Assembly: GCF_024521635.1 (NCBI RefSeq)
Contig: NW_026250404.1
Span: 2,294,001-2,358,000 of the forward strand
Reading direction: 5' to 3'
Source: Tricharina praecox
Taxonomy: Eukaryota
Length of the DNA stretch: 64,000 bases
The notes beneath the pieces are model-generated. The model was given only the letters and a program-made list of their open reading frames with translations, was not told the origin of the DNA and searched no databases. Positions 35,876 to 48,100 of this stretch are shown here, in pieces (within the stretch, counting starts at the first letter, position 1; every line of letters begins with the position of its first letter). The position numbers and the translations under genes are program-made.

Positions 35876-37525
35876 ATGGCTCCTCTGTTGGAAACTCCTA
35901 TCGTCCAGCTCCACACTCTCCCTGAGCAACCATTCACTCTCCCTGAGCAGCCATATACCCCTCCGGAGGAGCTGCCCACGGTTCTCTGCTCCATCAACAC
36001 CATCCTCCCGGGACGGCGATGCACACCGGCAACCATTGTAGTCTCTCCGACCTCCGGAAAGATCATCCATATCTTTGCTGAGATCCTTCCCGCCTCGACC
36101 TTCCCGCCTGGCACCGAGTACCACGATGTCTCGCCCAAGTATCTGATGCCCGGACTGGTCGATGCTCATGTCCACCTGAACGAGCCAGGCTGGCGTACCG
36201 AGTGGGAAGGTTTCGAGACGGGAACCAGGGCTGCCGCCTTTGGTGGTGTGACGACGCTGATCGATATGCCGTTAAACGCCATCCCGCCCACCACCACGGT
36301 TGAGAACTTGAACGCTAAGGTCAAGGCGGCTGAAGGCCAGTGCTATGTCGATGTCGGTTTCTATGGTGGTGTCATTCCCGGCAATGAGGATGACCTCGTT
36401 CCGCTAGTGGAAGCTGGTGTCCGTGGCTTCAAGTGCTTCCTGATCAACAGTGGTGTATGTTCTTCCCGCCCTCCTCCACCACCACCGACGTCATGACTGG
36501 TGAAACTGACATCTTTCTTCAGGTTGAAGAGTTCCCCGCTGTGACAGCCGCCGACATCTCCAAGGCAATGGAGAAGCTGAAGGATTCCCCAACGCTGCTA
36601 ATGTTCCACGCTGAGATGCTCCCCCCAATCACCAAGTCTGTTGGCGACTATGTCCTCCATGGTGAGGCTCCTCTGGCGCCCACCGGCCCTGTCAACTCGT
36701 ACAAGACCTTCCTCGACTCCCGTCCTGTCGCCTTCGAGACGTACGCCATCGAGAGTATCCTCGAGCAAGCCCACATCGCCCCCGATCTGCGCCTGCACAT
36801 CGTCCACCTCTCCGCGGCGGAGGGCATCCCCCTCGTCAAGAAAGCGCAAGAAGCCGGCGTCAAGCTCACCGCCGAAACCTGCTTCCACTACCTCACCCTC
36901 GCGGCCGAAGACATAGCGGACGGCGACACGCGCCACAAGTGCTGTCCGCCGATCCGCGAGGGCGCCAACCGCGACTACCTCTGGGACGCGCTCAAGGATG
37001 GGCTGATCGAGACGGTCGTGTCCGACCACTCGCCCTGCACGCCCAATCTCAAGATGCTCGCCGAAAACGGCGGCGACGGCGACTTCTTCGAGGCGTGGGG
37101 CGGCGTTTCCACCGTCGGCCTGGGCCTCTCGGTGCTCTGGACCGAGGGCTCCAAGCGCGGCGTCGACCTCGCAACCATGGCCGAGTGGACCGCGTGGAAA
37201 ACTTCTAAGCAGGTCGGACTCCTCGGCACTAAGGGTGGCCTCGTCCAGGGCTGGGATGCGGACTTCTGCGTCTTTGATCCTGAGGCTTCGTTCACTGTAT
37301 GTCCCCCCCTCCCCCTCCTTCGCTCCTCGCTCCTCGCACATCCTAACATCGGAACAGGTCACGACTAGAGACATGCACTTCAAGAACAAAGTGACGCCGT
37401 ACGAAGGCAAGACCCTTCGCGGCCGCGTATGCGAGACGTGGCTCCGCGGCCGCCGTATTTACTCGACCGACGAGGGCTTCGAGCGGAAGGGGCCGCAGGG
37501 ACAGCTGCTGCTCAATAAGAAGTAA
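35876..37525 (+). CDS. DAL1: Allantoinase, amidohydrolase superfamily (506 aa, exons 35876-36454, 36523-37296, 37358-37525)
   Basis: [94 protein letters not shown] and NKVTPY. Both introns are canonical GTATGT...CAG. Confidence 0.95.
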
Positions 37526-38652
37526 TGAGTCGGGTCGCGTACGGCTGGACTAGACTAGATGTCGTTTCGTTGCGCTGGGCTTGGAGTTTTGTTTGTTTCT
37601 GTTTTTTGTTTTTTTTGCTGTAGCGGGAGGAGTTTGGTTTGACTGTTTGAGCGTGCGAGTAGGAATTGATACAACCCTATATCGGTATGATGTATCTGTT
37701 CTGTTCTGTTTTGTTCCGTCGTCGTCATCGTGTCTGCTGTGACGTCGCAGTCGGAGTCGGAGTCACAGTCGTTTGTGTAGCATCGCATCGCACCGGGCAC
37801 GCAATAGGTAGATAGTGCATCGTTATGGAAGGCAAAGGCAAGGCATCGTTGAATATTTATACTGCAGAGCACCGCTCGCTTTCCCCGCACACACGGACAC
37901 ACACCCATAGACACACACCACACGGACGAGGTGATGGAGGAGGTGACGGAGGAGGTGCTCCGTGCATACTTGGTTATTTAGTTATTTAGGGGACGTCGCC
38001 GACTTCCAAGTTCCTACGGTGCACCCACTGCCCAGTGAGCCAGTGAGCCAGTGCACCCACGCCCCACGGCGGTGATCGCCGCTGCGCTGCGCACACACAT
38101 ACGGGATGGCAGGTTGCGTCGGTAAACGGATGTGCTTGGCGCATGGGATGTCACTCGTGGTGGGGAGAAGCGCGGTGGGGGGGAATCGGAATATACAGGT
38201 AGTAGGTAGTAGGTAGTAGGTAGTAGGTAGTAGGTAGCGCAATCTATAAAAGGTGAAGATGTCCTTGCTGCTTCTTGCAATGAAGCATTGGGGGTCTCAG
38301 CCACTCCTACTAGTGGTGGGTTATCGAGAGCTGAAGTAAATGTGCCGGGCACTCGGTATTAGATACGCACTACGGTAGAGTATCTACGGTAAAGAAGTGC
38401 GGTCTGGAGTTTCGAGGAGACGTAAATGGCGGAAGGATAGTCTTGCCATTTGGGAGGGTGGCAGGACGGAGCGACGACTCGCGAAGAGCTCGGCGGAGGA
38501 GGACTCAGGAGAGGTGCGAAAGGAGAACGGCAGGCTGGAGTCGGTTCATGTTTAGTGCTCATGTTGCGTGGGACGTCCCCTTTCGGTGTGAATTTGGGAG
38601 GATGACGGAGGCGCCCCAACGAGGGATCATGATGTGTTTAATGTTGTCATAA

Positions 38653-40123
38653 CTGGCCGAATAGGTACCTACAAACACAATGACAAACGATAACAAAACC
38701 AACACAAACCCAAATCGAAGAAGAGTAGATCTTAAAGAAAGAAAGGTATGTAGAGAAAGAATCAGACGCGGGCTTTCCGGAGATCCAAGCGGCAACAATC
38801 TGAGATTCAACCTATTCTCTGAGTCGGACCATCAATAATTTCCAATATACAAACAGGGGAACAAGCACAAAGCAAATGCAATTCAATCATAAAACCCGCA
38901 ACGCAACCAAGGAATGCTCCGCATGCAGTACATACCAACCCTCCCACCACATTCTCCAGCAAACAGTGCTTGTTCGACTTCACCGCCTCCTGGGCAGCTC
39001 CCCTCCTCCAGCCACCAAGATCATCTCCCTACCTAGTGATCGTGGAATTCTCGAAAACAGTTGCGCTCACCGCTGAGACATAACGGCGTGTCACAGCGTT
39101 CGCATGCCCAGGTGGTTTTTGGCAGATCCGGACACTCAGGACCCCACCTCAGCCGACACAGCCAGCACACTTTACTGTGATCAATAAATATAGGGCTGTG
39201 ACCGCCTGGGCCCCAACCTCCGCGGCCCTCCGTTCTAGAAGCCGCCGCCGCCTGCGCAGGCGGTGACGGGCTGGCCGAGCGCTCCCTGCGGAACTCGGCC
39301 TCATAGTCGACGTTGGCAGGCTCCTCCTCCTGCTCCTCCTCCTCCTCCTGGTTGGCGGACTCTTTCCGCATAGCAGCCACCACGCGGAAAGCAGTGGCGA
39401 CCGCAGCACCCGCCGACGCCGCAACCGTCGATGTCGCGGACCCCCCGCTGGCAGCACTCTGGCAGAACGCGAAGATCCCGCCGGCGCCTACGTTTCCGAG
39501 GGCGGACTGTGCCGACGCCGCAAGACTGCCTGTATAGTACGCGCCGCCCCCCGGCCGCTGTCAGCGGTGGTGTGGTTGGAGTAGGTAGGTAGGGAAGTAG
39601 GTTACCTACCTGCAGCTACGCCATCGGCGGTGAATCCGAGCGGCTGGAGGAGCGTCCCGAGAGTGAGATCGGGATACAGCGCAATGGTCGCGCCGCTGAT
39701 GGCGCTGCTGATGGCAAGAGGGTTCGCGGCGATCAGCCGCCCGACTTTACTCGCGCCTTGGTCAATGGCCCGTAAGAATTTTGCCATTGGCGACGGGATA
39801 TGGGATGTGCGTCCAGTGGGGCTTAAAGATTGCTCGATGAAGGGTAACTATAGTAACTGCCCGGTCGAAGAGTGTGGTCGCGTTCGCGGTAGATGTCAAT
39901 TAGCAGAAGTCGATGTTCGCGTTCGACTTCTGTGCATGACGTGGCGAACGGGGGTTAAAAACCCCGCATCTGGAACCCCCGTCCTTTAGCCAATCAGTGT
40001 CCGGTAGCAGTCTGCAGATCACTCGACCGGCGACAGTACTTATGGAAGGTACCTATTCGCGAACATCGGGTTCTGTCAAGTGACATTTTGTGATAGTCTC
40101 GGGGGGATGGAACCGAAGTGGTC
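38653..40123 (-). repeat. Copy 2 of the ~1.4 kb inverted duplication
   Basis: Reverse complement aligns with 6699-8072, with indels in the non-coding parts. Confidence 0.92.
39033..39787 (-). CDS. Paralog of the IFI27-like/piggyBac-zinc-finger chimeric gene (224 aa, exons 39787-39610, 39529-39033)
   Basis: MAKFLRAIDQGASKVGRLIAANPLAISSAISGATIALYPDLTLGTLLQPLGFTADGVAAG, then intron GTAGGT...CAG at the same position as in copy 1. The C-terminal Cys domain is nearly identical and the frame is intact. Confidence 0.8.
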
Positions 40124-41005
40124 TTGTTGTTCCGTTTCGTTGTATGTACAGTGTTCGCACGACAAACCGACCAGCCGAGGTATCAGTTAAGATGAAGAGG
40201 CGGAAAGGACAGGTACAGATGTCCGTGGAAAAGAAGTGCGGTCTGGAGGTCCGAGGGGACATAGGTAGAGGAAAGTGGTCTTGAAGTTGATAGGTGCACT
40301 GGTGGAAGGAAGGATACAAGAATGCAAAAGAGCGTACTTTTATAGACGCAAGGCACATAGCAGAACATGCCAGTAAACCAAACGACTGACAAGCAGTGAT
40401 CAAGCGAGTGATACACTGTGACACAAACACGTGATAATCAACCCGTCCGTCCACCAGACACCTCCGGACGGACTGGATGATTTTTTCTCGATGCTCTAGA
40501 TCCACCGTCGTCTATATATTCCCTTCCATGGGTCCGGACGGGATGGATTGGACTGGACTGATGCATTCCGGACTGGATTATCGGGAGCACTGGTCTCTAG
40601 TCGTGCGTTGAGGACTGCGCAGACCAGATGAGTGGAATTTGCGCTTGAGGTAGACATAAAAGCTACTGACTCGCTACATGTTATGGACACACCTAATCTA
40701 GGGGCTTGTCATTAAAACGGATTGACTCGTTACTGAAATACCAACCAACCAAAAGGTTACTTCTCAACCGATGGATCACATAACCCACGAAAAAATCGGC
40801 ATACAAGGTGAGGAAGCAGCACCGTAATACCGTAACACCGTTGCGAGCTTTAGTGCTTTAATACATGTTTCGACTCAGCTCGGCTCGCAAAGGCCCCTCA
40901 TTCTATTACTTAAACAGAACTTTTTCGTATACCTAACGCCATCCAAAAGACCAGAAAGATACATACAACATAATCGGAGCAACTGCCTAGGAACATCACA
41001 CCTAC

Positions 41006-43804
41006 CTACACGACTTCAATCTCCATACCGTCGACGGCGCCCATAACCTGCTCCATCTCGCGCAGCGTGTACTCGACCATGAAGCTCTGCTCCACGAGAT
41101 CCTCCATCCGCTTGTAGTGTCTATCCGTGTAGCTGCTCAGCGCATCCCAGACATCCCTACCGACACCGCGCAGCTCGACCAGACGCTGCGCACTGTAGCT
41201 CTTTAGCAGCACGTGCAATACCCTCTGTGAAACTACCGCGGTGCGCGCATTGGTGTTCCAGTCGCGGATTCGGCACAGCAGTACCGAGAGCTGGGAGTCC
41301 GAGAGCGAGGCGAGGACTTCGTCTACAGCGGCGATGCCGGAGAGTGAGTCGGCTTCGGCTGGCGAGGTCGCCGTGACGGATGTCAGCAGGTTGAGCAGGC
41401 GTCCGGGATGGTTCAGCGATAGGGCCAGGGAGATCGCCGAGCGGTAGTCGTTGACGGCAATGTAGTTCTGCAACTTCTGTTCCTCCTCGACGAGGGCCTG
41501 CTCTTTGGCGTCGGCCTCAGCGATGGTGGCGCTGGTTGCGTCCTGCCAGAAAGTGATGACACCCTCGGCATCGGCCGAGGCGATAGTCGTACCGGTATCT
41601 TCTTCGTCGGGACGTGTGGCCAGCGCCCAAATCTAGCACTTGTCAGTCTCTGTTGAGCCATGCGATTCGAGGGACCGGAAAGTTACATACCCGCTGCTCG
41701 TGATTGTCCAAGGTGACGGAACACTCTCCACTCTTGACGTCCCACACTTTGACGAGGCCATCGTTTCCACCACTGATCACCTGCAGTCCTCCCGAAATCC
41801 ACAGCGCCCTCTGAATCGAGTTGGTGTGTCCCTCGAACGTCTTGAGACAGGTGTAATCCACCAAACTCCACAGCTTGACCGTCTTGTCTGTCGACCCAGT
41901 GACGACCATCCTACCGCCCTTCATCCCAGCTTCTCCGCCGACCGCGCTCGCAGTGACAGTGGAAGGTGCGAATTTAACGGACCACACAGCACGACGGTGG
42001 CCGCGCAACACACCGATAGTCTCGCCTTCCTCGACCGACCAAATCTTGACGAGTCTGTCCTGGGATGCGGAAGCAAAAAGGACGTCGTCCGGCGAGACGT
42101 CAATGGCGTTGATATCCTTCTCATGGGCACGTTTGGTCCAGACGGCCCGTGGCTTCTTGCCCGATTCCACCGAGACATTCCACTTCTTGATCGTACGGTC
42201 AGCACCTCCGGTGAGCATGAACTTCGGTGGCAGCTTCTCTGTCGCCGCCTTTGAGCCCTCTTGGGGCCTTTGGCGCGGCAGGGAGAGCGCTGCTACACTT
42301 TCTGCGTGACCGGTGAAAACCGCGGCACATGTAAAGGAGTTGTTCTCTGGGTCGATCTTCCATAGCCGTGCATCATTATCTTTGCCAGCTGTAGCTAGCC
42401 ATTTCCCAGACCAGTCAACGTCGAGAGCGAGGACTGTTTCCGTGTGCCCGCGAAGTATGGCCACGTCGTGGAAGGTGGATGAAGAGACAAGGCTCACGTT
42501 CTCCGAGTTCGTGGCGATGGCGATCAGGGATGAGTCTGGAGGGAGGTACTGAATGTCGAGGATCTGGTCGTAGTTGGTGGTGATGTGCCGGCTTGTAGGG
42601 AGGGAAGTCGGTGCGGGCGAGGGTAGGTGAAGGTTGTGAATCTGGAGGGTGTAGTCGTGGTGGATGGAGAGTAACGACGGCAGGTTCTTGTGGTATCTGT
42701 AGGACCGTCAGTAACCATTCCCCTTCGTTCCACTCATCGCTGGATGATACAGACATTATCTGGATAACTCCCTTCTCCTCATCCTCATCAATCTTCGCCT
42801 GCTTGGTGATCTCCTCTCCCGCTGCCAGATCCCATATCCGCACTCTGTCCTGCCTTCCCGCCGCAAACACAAGCTTATCTACCTGTTCACCATCCTCCCT
42901 CACAAACATGCCGGGAGCAACGAACCCAACCACCTCCACCTCTTCACCAGCAGGCGTTATAACAGCATTCCAAGTCGTCGTATCGAAGAGACACATGACA
43001 CCGTCTCTACCACCACTGAGCAGCCTCCTCCCATCCGGACTCCAATCCAATCCCCTCACCACACTCCCATGCTTCTGGAGGGTAGCCACATTCCTCGTCG
43101 TCTCGAGGTCCCACACACGAATCGTCGTATCCTCACCCCCAGTCGCCAACATGAACCTGCCCATGCCGCCCTTCTTCGCACTCCCCTTCTTCATCTTCCC
43201 ATCCATCGCGACATCCGTCTCGCCCTCGGCCATGTAGAACGCCAGCGCCGACACCAATCCGCCATGTCCACGCAGGTTATGTGTCACGAAACCCTTCCGG
43301 ATATCCCACACCTTGACGATGCCGTCCGCGCCCCCAGTGGCGACCAGTGTTCCGGTGGGATCGGCCGCAGAGACGATGATGGGCGTTGTCTGCCGCACCG
43401 AGCGCTCGCGCTCGGGTGTCACGGTGATGGGCGACGCGGAGAAATCCGGCGACAGCGTGTACGTGTGCATCTGGTAGGACTTGGAGATCCCGAGGATCAG
43501 GTGCGAGCCGTCGGGTGTCAGGGCGAGCGTCGAGATCTCGTCTTCGAGCTGTGGGCCGCGGCAACGGGATGTCAGTGCTTGTGCTCTCCCTGCGATGATG
43601 GTGAAGATGTGGCGAACGTACCCCGCCGATACGGGCCACCTCCGACCCGCTCTCAATATCGGTGATTACGGCTTCATCGCCGTACGCGGTGACGAGCAGA
43701 CGTCCGGAGCGGTCGAGCGCAACGCAGCCAGCACCTCCGCTGTAATACGGCTGGATGACCCGTGCGGGCTTGAACGTGGTCTTGAGTGCTTGCGAGGGCG
43801 CCAT
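41006..43804 (-). CDS. UTP13: U3 snoRNA-associated WD40 protein Utp13/TBL3 (~869 aa, exons 43804-43622, 43548-42755, 42696-41691, 41632-41006)
   Basis: N-terminal LKTTFKPARVIQPYYSGG, many WD repeats (GHGGLVS, AHEKDIN, GHRRAVW, GHTNS) and the Utp13 C-terminal domain (AISLALSLNHPGRLL...RIRDWNTNART...YTDRHYKR). Confidence 0.92.
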
Positions 43805-44096
43805 TTATATCTGGTTTTCCGAGCCTCGTGTCGTGGGGAGAGATTGCGCGATTGCTGGGGGTTTCACGTCGGTCGCGCGAAGTGCTTCTTCTGGGCTTTT
43901 GCTTCAAAGAAAGTTTTTGGTGACACTTGCAGGAACCATCTTTACCCCACGCTAGCCGATCCTGACAAGCGCCGCCTCCATGCGCCATGAGATGAGTGAC
44001 CCGCTGTGAGTCAAGGACTGGTATGTACCATGTATTCGTTCGGTACTCTAGACTATTACCCAGGACATGTACAAATCGTCTGTGTGTGACGAAGAT

Positions 44097-45102
44097 CTAT
44101 ACGATATTGTACGGATCGCTGTCCTTCTTGCTCACAACCACCTCAAAGCCTTCCTTCCCTTCCCTCTCCGCCTCTGCCACCTGCTCCCATTCCCGAGCCA
44201 ACGCATCGCCGAGCTTCTGCTTCATGACGGCAGTCAGGAACCCTCTCTCAGTGTTCGTGTGGAAGCCTACGTCCGGTTAGCCAAGCAGGGATACACAACT
44301 CGACGGTGGCGGCAACTCACAGCTGATGACACTGATCCCGATCTCCTTCGCCGCCAGTGCCTCATGATGGCTCAGCTCCCCAGTATAGTACAGGTCCACA
44401 TCGAGGCCCTTCAACATACTCCCTCCACTGCCCGCACACAGCGCGATCCTCTCAATCTTCCTCCCGCCACTCCCATCAGCAACCATCAACCTCTCCATCC
44501 CCAGCTGCTTCTTGACCCTATCCACCAACACGCCCAACGTCACCGGCTCCTTAAGCACCAGCACCCTCCCCATGCCACTGTCCTCGAACCCCTCCGGGCC
44601 GTCCACCTTCTGGATCACCTTCCTCGCCGTCTCGCACGCAGTGCCACCCGAGATCCCATCGGCCAACCAATCGTTGACTCCACCTATCGTAGCATCAACC
44701 GCCGTATGCGGCGAGTACACACTGATCCCCTCCTGCGCGAGCCACAGCAGGCTCTCCTGCTGCGGGTCGGCGAATGTAAGGCTCTTGAGCGGCCGGAAGA
44801 TGATCGGGTGGTACGTAACGACGAACGAGGAGCGCAGAGCGATCGCCTCCTCCGCCACCGCACGCGTCAGGTCGATCGTTAGCAGGACTACGTGCTTTGA
44901 CGGACGTGAGGCGGCGAGGTCGAATCGATGCGGTGCCTCCAGGAGAAGCCCGGTGTTGTCCCAGGATTTGTCGGCGAGCGCGAGAGGGTAGCTATGGCAG
45001 GCGTCAGGAAGGGAGTACTGTGGGCTTAGGGGGCGGGGCTTACAGCCGTTGGATGGCGCTCACGACGGTGCGGACTAGGGGGGTGCGGAGGGCGGTGTTC
45101 AT
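44097..45102 (-). CDS. NIF3: NIF3/NGG1-interacting factor 3 family (DUF34) metal-binding protein (299 aa, exons 45102-45044, 44991-44321, 44266-44097)
   Basis: YPLALADKSWDNTGLLLE, LLTIDLT, YHPIIF, YSPHTAVD, GVNDWLA, GMGR, CAGSG, TGELSHH and HTNTERGFL. Introns are canonical. Confidence 0.93.
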
Positions 45103-48100
45103 TCTGTGGACGGGGATGTGGATGTGGATGTGGAGATGCACATGGTTCGAGAATCGAGGTTTCGATTCTGAGGTGGTTAATGCCGATATGTAGGGTGGGG
45201 TGGACTGCAGCAACGGCAACCCCTCACACCGCTTGACGTACGCCAAGCTCTGAGAAAACATACTCATTGAGGCGCGGGAAACATGACATGTTTCACTTCG
45301 CAATCCACGAAGCTTTGTTGGATACGCCGCCATACAATGCATGTACAATCGAAGGTCCGCCAGCAACGGACATGTTTTAATCTCAGAACGGCTGTGAATT
45401 TTGAGTACCTGTCCGATGCCTGCGCTTCGAATACGGTAGTCTCCGGTGATGCATCCCCGGCACCGCTCAGCTCACAGCTAACAGCTCGCAATTCGGTATT
45501 TCCGAGAGAGAGGGAGATCACCGAGTCTCCCGGTGTTCTCGCCTCGGATCCGCCAGCGGCCGCGGCCGGGTTCTAGAGTAGGGGAAGACCAGCCTACCTC
45601 CCCATGACTCCGGTACCGGAGGGCAGGTGGTCAATCACAATAAAGCGCGGAACCGCTCGGTACTCACCTAGACTGTTGTTTTACTGTTCCTGCGAGCAGT
45701 ACCGGCATCCCGTGCTGGTATACCCACCCCCTGTCGGGTACGGGGGAAAATCACATCGGGTCCGACGGGTATAGCGCAGAACCACTCGGTACTCGGTACT
45801 GTGGGACAAAGGTGTCATGGCTCTTGTTCAACACATCAGACATTATCTACCACCGTAGACATTATTATCAACACCGCAGAGGTACTTTGAGGTTGTTGGG
45901 CCTGGAGAACACAGGCTGCTTTCTTTTCTTGTTGCTTTCTAGTCAAATGAATCAGTCTCACCAGTTTCCCGTACTAGTCGGGGTCTCTCAGTGCCTACCT
46001 AAAAGGTCCCCTCAAAACAAGCCCTATACTTGGCTTTAACTACGGACGAACCGAAGGAATAGGTGGACACTCACGGATAGTTAAAAGTTACTCCGCCAGT
46101 CTCCTCAGAATTGGCCAGCACGGAATCATTCAGGTCCTGCCCGCCACTGGGCCATCGGTCTAAGTAGGTATGTGGGAATTCCATGCCGGTATTTAAACAC
46201 TCGCACAGTGCACACGGAAAAAGTGGCAGTGGGCAGTGAGCACAAACCATAGTCTGGATTATATATACCTCCCTCCGTCCCTCCCTCGGCCCGTCCCTCA
46301 CGGCCCCGGGGGGAGAGGAGAGGAGGAGGAGGAGGAGGAGGAGCATATTCCCCCTCTCCTCCTATACGTCCCGCGAGCAGCTCACTCACCAATCTCACCA
46401 ATCTCACCAATCTCGCCGGGCCAGCTGTAACCACATACTTATAGACTGTAGTTTCCAACCGCACCGGTCCGGTCCTCCCTCATCCTCGTCTCCGTCCTTG
46501 TGCCCCCAATTGCAACGGAGAGCAGTCAGGCAGTCAGGCAGACAGTCCCGGAAAACGACAAACGAGATGAAACGAATCGAGATGAAACGGCCGGCCGCTC
46601 ACCCCGTTTATTCATCCATCCAGCCAGTCTATCCAGCCAGCCATCCATCACCCTCTGTACATATGCTAGCTAGTTATCGGCCTATGAGGCTATCATTGCC
46701 CAAAGCATCCTCCTCCTCGAGTTCTGGGAACTGCTTCTCCGGGGGTCTCCGGGGATAGGTATGTAGGTACGTAGGTATGTACATAGGTATAATGTATGTG
46801 CACGTTTAACTTCGTGGTTGGCCATTCTTTCTCCAGAAAATGTATGTAGGCAGGCCCGCCTGACACATCAATACACATCAATCACTCGCTCACTCGCCCG
46901 GGGTTCCCGGACGAACACCTACCCACACGACCGCCACCCCTCCACACACACACCCGCCGACTTCTGTCTCGCCGATCAGATTGATCACTGTGCACTGTGG
47001 TTGCCATATGTGCCTACCGCTTCCCATCCATCCCTCCCACTCTATGTAGCACGCGAAACTCTAACGTGCCTCTGCAGTAGCAGTGGGTAGGTAGATAGTA
47101 TCTGCTGATCATGAGTGATATACATACATACAGAATGCAGTCTACAATACCGGGGCAGCCCCTGGGAGGGGGGAGGGGGGAGGTGAAGGGGGGGCTGTTT
47201 GCTCCCAGGGCTTTGGTTCCGAGGGGGTATTTAAAGTATACCTACATACCTACATAAGAGGTAGGTACGATGTGTGCAGTACGATGTGTGCAGCACCAGT
47301 AGTAGTAGCAGGTAGGAAGGTAGGTAGGAGGTATGTAGGTACTCTACCGGAGGAGCACGCTGAGTGTGGAGTAGGCTCCTCCAAGTCGGCCAAGGACGAC
47401 CAAGGACTAAGCGTGCTTATGTACGTACGAACGCAGACTTTCCGCCAGCTGGTTCGGTGTGTGTGGTGCGCATAGGCCGAACCCGTAGCTCCAAAACTAC
47501 CTATGTAGTTGTCTGTGTCGTAGTATGTACATACCCAACTGCTGCGTGCCATACTGCGTACCATACGTACATAACTAATGTATAGTACCAGCGGGAAGTT
47601 ATTGGTCGGAATTCTACCTTGAGGTTAGCTAGTCTGCGGAGATCTGGGGCAGTGGGGCAGTGGGGCCTCCTGCTCACTCACTCACTCACGAGCCACTCAC
47701 TCACTCTCGGGATTGGCAATTGTATGGCTGCCTACTCCGTATATTGCCATGATCTACATAGGTCGCAAGCAATTACTGATTAAACAAAAAACAAAGCTGC
47801 CTACTCCGTGTACCTCACTATCCACTGGCTTATGCAGCCTAAGCTTTGTACTTTGTACCTATCTTGCAGCCCATAGGAAAATATCCCAGGGCGGTGAGAG
47901 GGAGGTGATGTTTCCCCCAGCACTATGATTTGCAGGTGATCTGCGGGGAGCTGCTTCTCCACAGGCTATCATACATACATAAACAGCTATTCCGTGGTCA
48001 CCGACTCACCGTGCATGTGTGTAGAGTAGTTAACCGGCGGGCTCACATGTTTCCCACCCACCAGCCATCCAGTCATCCATCCAGCCAGCCGTTTCCCCTC

